A stretch of DNA of 64,000 nucleotides from an uncultured Lentisphaerota bacterium (GTDB taxonomy: Bacteria > Verrucomicrobiota > Kiritimatiellia > CAIQIC01), in assembly GCA_903912445.1 (NCBI GenBank), contig CAIWHP010000191.1, positions 262 through 64,261 of the forward strand. Direction: 5' to 3'. The notes beneath the pieces were generated by a model. It saw nothing but the letters and a program-made list of their open reading frames with translations. It was not told the origin of the DNA and ran no database searches. The stretch's first letter is position 1; each line of letters opens with the position of its first letter. Of this stretch, positions 37,708 through 45,637 are shown piece after piece. A program made the position numbers and the translations under genes.

Positions 37708-38742
37708 GTGAAATTTCTGTGTCACGGCGCTGCTGAAAGGCGGCGCTTCCCCGGCAGGCGCGCCCAAGTCACGGCCTGTCTGGGAGCTGTTTCCGTCATC
37801 TTGAGCGTGTGGTGCTGGGGGGCAACCCCGCCGGGCCGTCCGCAGGCGGACGGGCTCCTGTATCACACGGACTTCGAGCCCGGCACACGGATCGCGCCCG
37901 TCAATCCCTCGAACAAAGCCAGCAACGACGAGCTGCTTGACCCTAAGAAGCCTCCTCAAAATGCCACCGTGACGGGGCTCAGGTTCAATTACGAGGGCGG
38001 GGATGCGACCATGCGCTATGCGCGCATCGAGGAGGAGAGCGGCAACCGCAAGAACAGGGTCCTGCATTTCTGGGCGAACACCGTCAACGCGCACAATTAT
38101 TCCAAGACACGCATCCAGGCGGACGTCCGGGGCGTGAAGGCGGGGCTCAAGGAGTTCTATCAGTCGGTCCGTTTCTATTTGCCCAAAGACATGGCGCTGC
38201 TGAACGAATACCCGCCCGCCATAACCTGGCTCACCATCATGGAAGTCTGGAACAACTCGCCGAACCATCCGTTTCCCTTTCGCGTCACCGTGGGCTTGCG
38301 CAAGCCGGCCGGCAAAGGCCAGCTCCGGTTTCACGCCGAAGCTCAGAATATCGACCAGACCAATCCGGACAAGGCCAAGTTTATCGTCATTTGGTCGCAG
38401 CTCAACGAACAGCTGGAAGTGCCCTTCGGGAAATGGATGACGCTCGAGTATTACCTCGCCGAAGGGGATGCCAAGACAGGGCGGTTTTTCATGGCGGTAA
38501 CGCCGCAGGGTGGCGAACGGAAGGTGCTGTTCGACATCACCCATTACACACACCATACGAAGGATCCGGCCCCCGACGGGTTCACCGCCTGGAACCCGAT
38601 GAAACTCTACACCTCGCGGCCGCTGACGGACTATATGCGGGGGCAGGGCAAGGCCTTGGAGCTCCTGTGGGACGATCTGTATATCTGGAAAGACCGCAAA
38701 CCCTCCACCGCTGGCGCCGGCGCCGTGCCGGCGAAAAAATAG
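37708..38742 (+). CDS. Secreted hypothetical protein (possibly a beta-jelly-roll polysaccharide-lyase-like fold; unassigned)
   Basis: 344 aa; hydrophobic N-region; Trp/Tyr-rich beta-strand-like body; reduced GC. No firm family call. Confidence 0.45.
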   Translation: MKFLCHGAAERRRFPGRRAQVTACLGAVSVILSVWCWGATPPGRPQADGLLYHTDFEPGTRIAPVNPSNKASNDELLDPKKPPQNATVTGLRFNYEGGDATMRYARIEEESGNRKNRVLHFWANTVNAHNYSKTRIQADVRGVKAGLKEFYQSVRFYLPKDMALLNEYPPAITWLTIMEVWNNSPNHPFPFRVTVGLRKPAGKGQLRFHAEAQNIDQTNPDKAKFIVIWSQLNEQLEVPFGKWMTLEYYLAEGDAKTGRFFMAVTPQGGERKVLFDITHYTHHTKDPAPDGFTAWNPMKLYTSRPLTDYMRGQGKALELLWDDLYIWKDRKPSTAGAGAVPAKK

Positions 38743-38802
38743 ACTTTCCCCCTCTCTTTGGGCAACGATGCGGCCGACCTCGGCCAGCGCATCGGCGGAG
38801 CC

Positions 38803-39942
38803 TCAGACGATGCGACTATCGGCCCGGTGTTCGGAGGGCCAGCGGCCGGAGTGCTGGCGGAAGGCGCGGCTGAAGGAGGCCGCGGTGCCGTAGCCGCAGC
38901 CGCGCGCAACCTCGGCGATGGCGTGCGCGTTATCGGCCAACAAGGAACGTGCCAGATGCATGCGCACGCGCATCAACTCCTCACGGGCGGTGCGGCCGAG
39001 GGCGTCCGCAAACCGCCGGTCCAGCGTGCGGCGCGAAACGTTCAACGCTTGCGCCACCTGCTTCACTCCGATCAAATTGCCGGCCTGTTTACGAATGAAT
39101 TGGACAGCATCCTTCACCAACGCATCCTCGACTGCGACGAGATCCGTCGAGCCGCGCGCCACGACGCCGGTCGGCTGGATCTTGCGGTGCGGGTCCTTGA
39201 GCTTCGTTCCCGCCAGCGCCTGCGCGAGCAGGTGCGCCGCCTCGTAGCCGAGGCGCGGGGTGGGGAAGCCGACGCTGGAGAGGGTCGGCCAGCTCACGTC
39301 GCACATGAGCTCGTCGTTGCCGATGCCGAGTACCGCGATCTGGTGTGGAATCGCGAGCTGGGCGGCGTGGCAGGCGGCGAGTACGCGCTCGCCCAGCTTG
39401 TCGTCGAAGACCAGCACGCCCGCCGGCTTGGGCAGTTGCTGCAGCCAGCGCATCAGGGGTTCGAGGTTCGATTCGCCTTCGCTGACCGGCTCGGCGAAGC
39501 TGGCCAGTTTTCTTCCGCCGAGAATGTCGGCAAAGCTCGTGCGGCGCTGCTCCGAGGCGATCCGCCCCTTCACCCCGCAATAGGCGAAGTGCTTGAGCCC
39601 GGCCTGCTCAAAGTGTTCCGCCGCCAACCGCGCGACGGCGTCGTTGTCCAGGCTGACGGTCATGGGGACTTCCAGTTCTCCGAAGGCGGTGTCCACCAAC
39701 GGGATCTTCAGCGTGCGGGCGGCGGCCAGCAGCCAGCGGTCGGCGATATAGGCGATGATGCCGTCGGGCGCGAGGCGGGTGACTTCGGCTGCGGCCGCCC
39801 GACCGGCGTGGCGCACCAGCAGCATCCGCCAGCCGAGGCGGCGCAGATATTGCGCGACGCCGTGCAGGCGGCTGCGGCCGGCGCCGTCGCGCGTATCGAT
39901 GCAGACGGCGACGGCGGGTGGTTGGGCGGACGGTTTCGTCAT
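38803..39942 (-). CDS. XylR-like AraC-family transcriptional regulator (periplasmic-binding-like sensor domain plus C-terminal AraC HTH)
   Basis: The N-terminal sugar-binding-like domain starts MTKPSAQPPAVAVCIDTRDGAGR. The C-terminal 'VKQVAQALNVSRRTLDRRFADALGRT...IAEVARGCGYGTAASFSRAFRQHSG' is an AraC-type HTH. It is divergent from the SDR/MFS/lactonase/dehydratase operon. Confidence 0.8.
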   Translation of the reverse strand: MTKPSAQPPAVAVCIDTRDGAGRSRLHGVAQYLRRLGWRMLLVRHAGRAAAAEVTRLAPDGIIAYIADRWLLAAARTLKIPLVDTAFGELEVPMTVSLDNDAVARLAAEHFEQAGLKHFAYCGVKGRIASEQRRTSFADILGGRKLASFAEPVSEGESNLEPLMRWLQQLPKPAGVLVFDDKLGERVLAACHAAQLAIPHQIAVLGIGNDELMCDVSWPTLSSVGFPTPRLGYEAAHLLAQALAGTKLKDPHRKIQPTGVVARGSTDLVAVEDALVKDAVQFIRKQAGNLIGVKQVAQALNVSRRTLDRRFADALGRTAREELMRVRMHLARSLLADNAHAIAEVARGCGYGTAASFSRAFRQHSGRWPSEHRADSRIV

Positions 39943-40060
39943 GCCGCCAGCGTAATCACCGGTGTCCAAAATTGCAATGCCCATGACGCAATAAGGCAAT
40001 TGACGCGCTGGCGCCTTGCCCGTAGCCTCGCGGGCGTTGCGGAAAACCAACGGGTGAGCC

Positions 40061-40834
40061 ATGCGCTTCAAAAACAAAGCGGTCTTGGTGACGGGAGCGG
40101 GACAGAATACGGGGTTGGGCATCGCGGCGGCCTTCGCCGCGGAAGGCGCCACGCTCTTCCTCAACGACAAATCCGCCCCGGCGGTCGCCGCCGCGGTGGC
40201 GCAGCTGCAGCGCCGCGGCTGGAAGAAGGTCTTCGGCGTGCCCGGCGATATCGGCGTCGCGGCCGAAGTTGAGGCGATGTTTCGTGTGATTGCGGCCAAG
40301 GCGAAGCGGCTGGATGTGCTGGTGAACAACGCGGCGCACCTCGGGGTCGGCCCCGATTTCCTCGATACCAAGCTGGAATTCTTCGAAGCCGTGGTGCGGG
40401 TGAACCTGATCGGCACCTTCCACGTCTCGCAGCAGGCCGCGCGCCTGATGCAGCGCAGCGGCGGCGGCGCGATCGTCAACCTCGGCTCGAACGTCTCCAC
40501 GCGCGCCATCCACAAGCGGACGGCCTACGAGGCGAGCAAGGGCGGCATCGATGCGCTGACGCTCTCGATGGCGGTGGACCTCGCGCCGCACGGCATCCGC
40601 GTGAACACCGTCGCCCCCGGCTACATCCACACCGACCGCTGGGCGCAACTGGCGCCGGCGCACGCGCAGCGGCGACGGGCCAATATCCCGCTGGGCCGCG
40701 AGGCCACGGCGGAAGACATCGCCAAGGCCGTGCTGTTCCTGGCCTCCGGCGAGTCGGCGAACATCACGGGCGTGCGGCTGGTCGTGGATGGCGGCTGCTC
40801 CGCCCAGCACATGCCCCCGGACATTGACGTGTGA
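40061..40834 (+). CDS. SDR-family oxidoreductase (short-chain dehydrogenase; candidate sugar 1-dehydrogenase)
   Basis: 'VTGAGQNTGLG' Rossmann motif, 'NNAA' motif and catalytic 'YEASKGG' (YxxxK). Confidence 0.85.
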   Translation: MRFKNKAVLVTGAGQNTGLGIAAAFAAEGATLFLNDKSAPAVAAAVAQLQRRGWKKVFGVPGDIGVAAEVEAMFRVIAAKAKRLDVLVNNAAHLGVGPDFLDTKLEFFEAVVRVNLIGTFHVSQQAARLMQRSGGGAIVNLGSNVSTRAIHKRTAYEASKGGIDALTLSMAVDLAPHGIRVNTVAPGYIHTDRWAQLAPAHAQRRRANIPLGREATAEDIAKAVLFLASGESANITGVRLVVDGGCSAQHMPPDIDV

Positions 40835-42129
40835 GCGCATCTTCCAGCCAGCTGCCGGCCGCCGCACCGCGCCCGCGCTACAAGTGGGAGCTGCTCGCGC
40901 TGCTCTTCTGCGCGTTCTTCTTCCATCAGGGCGACCGCGCGATCTACGGCGTCGTGCTCTCGGCGATCAAGGGCGAGCTCGGCCTCTCCGACAGCCAGCT
41001 CGGTCTGGTCGCCACGGTGCTGTTCGCGACGCTCGCGGTGATGATGCCGGTTGCCGGCTACCTCGGCGACCTGTGGAACCGCAAGCGCATCATCATCGGC
41101 AGTCTTATGTTCTGGAGCGCGGCGACGATGTGCACGGGCTTCGCCGGCGGGCTGGCGGCGCTGATCGCGTTTCGCAGCGTGGCGACGGCGGGCGGCGAAG
41201 CGTTCTACGCGCCGGCCGCCTATCCGCTGCTCGCGGCGCACCACATCCGGACGCGCGCCCGCGCACTCGCCATTCATCAATCATCGCTCTATATCGGCGT
41301 GATGGTCAGCGGCTTCCTCGGCGGCTATATCGCGGACCAGTGGGGCTGGCGCTCGGCGTTCTACGTCTTCGGCATCGGCGGCATCGGGCTGGGCTTCGTT
41401 TTGATGTGGCGCATGCTCGACGCGCCCCCGCCCGCCGCGCAGCTCGCGGCCGGGGTGCGCATTCCGATCCGGGAGGCGCTGGGCGCGGTGTTCCGCTCGC
41501 CCACCGCGCTGCTGCTGACCGCGGGCTTCACCGCGATCGTGTTCGTCAACAACGCCTACGTGGTCTGGGCGCCGGTGTTTTTGCAGGAGCGTTTCCAGCT
41601 CACGCTGGCGCAGGCCGGCGGCTACGCGATGTTCTACCACCATCTCGCTGCGCTGGCGGGCATCCTCTGCGGCGGCTGGCTTTCCGACCGCCTCGCGCTG
41701 CTGCGGCCCGTGTTCCGCCTGCAGCTGATGGCGACGGCGATGCTGCTCGGCGCGCCGGTGATCTTCCTGCTCGGCCGCGCCGGTGGGCTCGTGCTGGCGT
41801 GCAGCCTCATGGCCGGGTTCGGCTTGTTCCGCGGTCTCTACGAAGCCAACACCCACGCGGCGCTGTTTCAGGTCATCACGCCGCGCTACCGCGCCTCGGC
41901 GGTCGGCATCATGACGATGCTCGCCTTCCTGGTCGGTTCGCTCTCGCCGCTGCTGTTCGGCCATCTGCGCGAGACCTGTCCCGCCGGTCAGGGTCTGGGT
42001 CTGGGCTTCAACGCGCTCGCCGGCGCGTACCTGCTAGGCGGCCTCGCACTCGTTGTGGCCATCCTGTTCACCTTCCGGCGCGACTACTGCCCTGAAGAAG
42101 CGGCGCCGGCCGAAGCGGGAGGCCATTGA
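40831..42129 (+). CDS. MFS transporter
   Basis: 12 predicted TM helices; MFS signature-like 'GYLGDLWNRKRII' between TM2 and TM3. It overlaps the SDR stop. Confidence 0.85.
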   Translation: MSASSSQLPAAAPRPRYKWELLALLFCAFFFHQGDRAIYGVVLSAIKGELGLSDSQLGLVATVLFATLAVMMPVAGYLGDLWNRKRIIIGSLMFWSAATMCTGFAGGLAALIAFRSVATAGGEAFYAPAAYPLLAAHHIRTRARALAIHQSSLYIGVMVSGFLGGYIADQWGWRSAFYVFGIGGIGLGFVLMWRMLDAPPPAAQLAAGVRIPIREALGAVFRSPTALLLTAGFTAIVFVNNAYVVWAPVFLQERFQLTLAQAGGYAMFYHHLAALAGILCGGWLSDRLALLRPVFRLQLMATAMLLGAPVIFLLGRAGGLVLACSLMAGFGLFRGLYEANTHAALFQVITPRYRASAVGIMTMLAFLVGSLSPLLFGHLRETCPAGQGLGLGFNALAGAYLLGGLALVVAILFTFRRDYCPEEAAPAEAGGH

Positions 42130-42130
42130 G

Positions 42131-42898
42131 GTGAGCCTGCACATCACCTGGCTGGGCCAATCGGGCTACCTGCTGGAAGGCGCGGGCCAGCGCCTTGTGC
42201 TCGATCCCTATTTCAGCGACGCCGTCGAGCGCCTGCAGGGCCTGCGCCGGCTGCTGCCGCCGCCGTGCCCGGTCGCAGAGCTGCAGCCGGACGCGCTGCT
42301 CATCACCCACGATCATCTCGACCACTTCGACGCAGAAACCGTCGCCGCCATCATGCAGAGCGCGCCGTCGTGCAAGCTGATCGGCCCGTCGAGTGTGATG
42401 AAGCACGCCGGCCAGCTGGGGCTGGCCGCCGCGCGCCTGACGCCACTCGCCAGTGGCGAGCCGGTCCGGCTCGGCAGCATCACGATCACCGCGACGCCCG
42501 CGCGCCACAGCGACCCTTCGTCCGTGGGGCTGCTGGTTCAGGTCGAAAATATTTGGCTCTGGTTCAGCGGCGACACGTTGTACTTCCCGGAACTGGCGCC
42601 GCAGGTGCTCCACCTCGCCGGCCGGCCGCCGGACATCGCCTGCGTGTGCATCAACGGCAAGCTCAACAATATGAGCGCCGCCGAGGCCGTGCAGCTCATG
42701 GCCAGGCTGCAGCCGCGGCTCGCGGTGCCCGCCCACTACGGCATGTTCGCGGAGAACACCGCCGATCCCGGCGAGTTCGTCGCCGCCTGTGCCCGGCTCG
42801 GCCTGCCGGCCGTCGCGTTGCCCTGCGGCCGCGCCGTGAACTGCGCCACGCTTTTGGAAAAGTCCGTCCGCTCCCAACCCCACGAGGTTGCCCCATGA
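42131..42898 (+). CDS. MBL-fold metallo-hydrolase (candidate sugar-acid lactonase)
   Basis: GTG start just after the MFS stop. 'HDHLDH' metallo-beta-lactamase zinc motif. Its operon context with a dehydrogenase and a dehydratase suggests a lactonase. Confidence 0.6.
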   Translation: MSLHITWLGQSGYLLEGAGQRLVLDPYFSDAVERLQGLRRLLPPPCPVAELQPDALLITHDHLDHFDAETVAAIMQSAPSCKLIGPSSVMKHAGQLGLAAARLTPLASGEPVRLGSITITATPARHSDPSSVGLLVQVENIWLWFSGDTLYFPELAPQVLHLAGRPPDIACVCINGKLNNMSAAEAVQLMARLQPRLAVPAHYGMFAENTADPGEFVAACARLGLPAVALPCGRAVNCATLLEKSVRSQPHEVAP

Positions 42899-44082
42899 AA
42901 ATAACCAGCATCCGCCCCTTGATCTGCCACGCCTACCGGACGAACTGGGTGTTTGTCAAAGTCCAGACCGACTCCGGCCTGCACGGCGTCGGCGAGGCCA
43001 CGCTCGAGCACCGCGAGCTGACCGTCGCGCAGGCGGTGCGCGAGCTCGAGCGCTCGCTCGTCGGGAAGGACCCGCACAACATCGAGGCGCTCTGGCACCA
43101 GGTCTATCGCGACGCCTACTGGCGCGGCGGCGCGGTGCTGATGAGCGCGCTCTCCGGCGTCGAGATGGCGCTGTGGGACATCAAGGGCAAGGCGCTCGGC
43201 GTGCCGGTCTACCAGCTGCTTGGCGGCAAGGTGCGCGACTCCGTCCCCTGCTACGCCAACGGCTGGTTCGCGCCGGCGAAGACGCCTGACGAGTTTGCGG
43301 CGAAGGCGCGGCGCGCGGTGCAGGCCGGCTTCCGCGGGCTCAAATGGGACCCGTTCGGCGCGTCCTACCTGGAGATTGACAAGCGCGGGCTGCGCGAGGC
43401 GCTCACGTGCATCGCAGCCGTCGTCAGCGCGGTGGGGCCGGAGGTAGACATCCTGATCGAGGGCCACGGCCGGTTCAATGTGCCCACGGCGATCCGCATC
43501 GCGCACGCCCTCGAAGATTTCGACATCCACTGGTTCGAGGAGCCGATCCCGCCGGACAACCTCGAGGCGCTCGCCGAGGTCAAGCTGCGCACGCGCGTGC
43601 CCATCGCCGCCGGCGAACGGCTCTACAGCCGCTGGGATTACCAGCGTTTCTTCACGCTCCGCTGCGCCGACTACGCCCAGCCGGATGTCAGCCACACCGG
43701 CGGCATCATGGAGGTGAAAAAAATCGCGGCGCAGGCCGAGGCCAACCACATCGCCATCTGCCCGCACAACCCGAGCGGCCCGGTCGCCAACGCCGCCAGC
43801 CTGCAGCTCGCCGCCTGCGTGCCGAACTTCAGCGTGCTGGAAACCATGAGCGCCGATGTGCCGCACCGCCGCGAGATCAGCACCGAAAGCGTCGGGTTCG
43901 AAAACGGCGCGATGAAAATTCCCGACGCCCCCGGCCTCGGCATCGACCTCAACGAGGAAGCCATCGCCGCGCATCCCTACGAAGCGCGCGATCTGCGCCA
44001 CTACAACGGCCAACTCACCAACATCCGGCCCCCGGACGCGGTCGATTATTTTCAACGCGAGGCAACAGCAGGCTCAAAATAA
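42895..44082 (+). CDS. Enolase-superfamily sugar-acid dehydratase (ManD/RspA-like D-mannonate/D-gluconate dehydratase family)
   Basis: 'VKVQTDSGLHGVGEATLEHRELTVAQAV...AYWRGGAVLMSALSGVEMALWDIKGKALGVPVYQLLGG' closely follows the RspA/ManD N-terminal capping and barrel start. The metal ligands lie in 'ILIEGHGRF', 'WFEEP' and 'AGERLY'. Confidence 0.75.
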   Translation: MKITSIRPLICHAYRTNWVFVKVQTDSGLHGVGEATLEHRELTVAQAVRELERSLVGKDPHNIEALWHQVYRDAYWRGGAVLMSALSGVEMALWDIKGKALGVPVYQLLGGKVRDSVPCYANGWFAPAKTPDEFAAKARRAVQAGFRGLKWDPFGASYLEIDKRGLREALTCIAAVVSAVGPEVDILIEGHGRFNVPTAIRIAHALEDFDIHWFEEPIPPDNLEALAEVKLRTRVPIAAGERLYSRWDYQRFFTLRCADYAQPDVSHTGGIMEVKKIAAQAEANHIAICPHNPSGPVANAASLQLAACVPNFSVLETMSADVPHRREISTESVGFENGAMKIPDAPGLGIDLNEEAIAAHPYEARDLRHYNGQLTNIRPPDAVDYFQREATAGSK

Positions 44083-44101
44083 ATAAGGGCGAAAACAGTT
44101 G

Positions 44102-44149
44102 TTTCCAAGGCTTGGGACTTTTCCGCTCACTGTTTCCAAGGCTTGGAAG
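44102..44149. promoter_or_regulatory. Two palindrome copies (44102-44118 TTTCCAAGGCTTGGGAC; 44133-44149 TTTCCAAGGCTTGGAAG), with centres 31 bp apart. The second ends 12 nt before the ATG at 44162 and directly 5' of AGGAG.
   Basis: Read directly and checked against the ORF-track frame 44099. Confidence 0.7.
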
Positions 44150-44161
44150 GCAGGAGATAAC

Positions 44162-45625
44162 ATGAACATGAAGACGATGCTGGTGGCGGTGCTGGCGCTG
44201 GCGGGGCTGGCCGCGGCGCAGGTGATCGATACCTCGGAGACGCGGGTGCAGACGACGCTCGATCCGCAGCTGAAGCGGATCGGGACGATCACGCCGCGCA
44301 GCGTCGGCCAGATCGCGGGCCAGAACTGGTCCATCGGCTGCGAGACGCTCGACCGCGACTTCACGAAGTACGACTCCTACAAGGACTACCTCGTGCCGCT
44401 CGGCATCAAGCTCATCCGGCTGCAGGGTGGCTGGGCGACGACGGAGCGCGAGCCGGGCAAGTACGACTGGCGCTGGCTCGACCGCGTGATTGACGACGCG
44501 CGCAGCCGCGGGCTGGAAATATTTCTGCAAACCAATTACGGCAACCCGGTCTATCAGGGCGGCGGCAACCGCGGACTGGGCGGCGGCTTCCCGACTTCGC
44601 CGGAGGCGTGGGCTGCGTGGGACAAGTGGGTCGAGGCGATGGCCACGCGCTACAAGGACAAGGTGCGCGACTGGGAAATGTGGAACGAGCCGGACGGCAA
44701 CAAGAACCACACGCCGGAGATGGTCGCCGACCTCAACATCCGCACGGCGGAGATCATCAAGCGCGTGATCCCCAACGCGCGGATAGCCGGCGGTATTTTG
44801 AGCAGTGCCAAGGTGAAATTCGCCGAAGGCTGGCTCAAGCGCGTCACCGAGCAGAAGAAGGAAGGACTGTTCACGTGGTTCATCTACCACGGCTACACGC
44901 GCAATCCCGACGAGAAGCACTATGAGGAGGTCGCGAAGCTCAAGGCGCTGTTCAAGCAGTACGCGCCGGAGATCAAGCTGTGGCAGGGCGAGGCCGGCAC
45001 GCAGTCGGAATTCTGCCTCGGCGGCGCGCTGTGCAAATATCCGTGGACGGAACTGACGCAGGCCAAGTGGATGACGCGCCGCATGCTCGGCGATCTTGGC
45101 CACGATGTGCCGTCGCTCGTTTTCTCCATCGCCGATCTCGATTACAACCGCTGGGACGGCTACCAGCTCGGCGACATGGATCGCTACGGACTCGTGAAGA
45201 CCGACAAGCAGTATCGCCTGCTCAAGGTGAAGACGTCCTACTACGCCGTGCAGAACGTCGTCGCGGTGTTCGACAACACGCTCGAGCGGCTCGCGGATGA
45301 TGCGTGTGCCGTCGAGTGCGCCAAGGCGACGGCGTGCTACGCCTTCAAGCACACGCCCAGCGGCGGATCGCTGCTCGTGTTCTGGGACAAGAGCGCCGTG
45401 CCCTCGAACGGCAACGACACGGTGAGCGCGACGTTGACGCTGGCGAAGGGCAGCTTCAAGGAGCCGGTCTGGGTGGACACGATCACCGGCGGCATCTTCG
45501 AGCTGCCGAAAGAAAAGATGAGCTGCGAGGGCGAAAAGGTGACGTTCAAGGACATTCCCGTCTACGATGCACCGGCGTTCATTGCCGAGAAGAGCCTGGT
45601 ATTGCCGTCGAACAGCCCGCGCTAA
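44162..45625 (+). CDS. Secreted clan GH-A glycoside hydrolase (GH39/GH5-like; family not assigned)
   Basis: Signal MNMKTMLVAVLALAGLAAAQ. 'WEMWNEPD' is a clan GH-A acid/base NEP motif; 'LWQGEAG' is a candidate nucleophile region. A paralogous domain sits in the 55300 gene. Confidence 0.6.
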   Translation: MNMKTMLVAVLALAGLAAAQVIDTSETRVQTTLDPQLKRIGTITPRSVGQIAGQNWSIGCETLDRDFTKYDSYKDYLVPLGIKLIRLQGGWATTEREPGKYDWRWLDRVIDDARSRGLEIFLQTNYGNPVYQGGGNRGLGGGFPTSPEAWAAWDKWVEAMATRYKDKVRDWEMWNEPDGNKNHTPEMVADLNIRTAEIIKRVIPNARIAGGILSSAKVKFAEGWLKRVTEQKKEGLFTWFIYHGYTRNPDEKHYEEVAKLKALFKQYAPEIKLWQGEAGTQSEFCLGGALCKYPWTELTQAKWMTRRMLGDLGHDVPSLVFSIADLDYNRWDGYQLGDMDRYGLVKTDKQYRLLKVKTSYYAVQNVVAVFDNTLERLADDACAVECAKATACYAFKHTPSGGSLLVFWDKSAVPSNGNDTVSATLTLAKGSFKEPVWVDTITGGIFELPKEKMSCEGEKVTFKDIPVYDAPAFIAEKSLVLPSNSPR

Positions 45626-45637
45626 AGGATACGGAAG

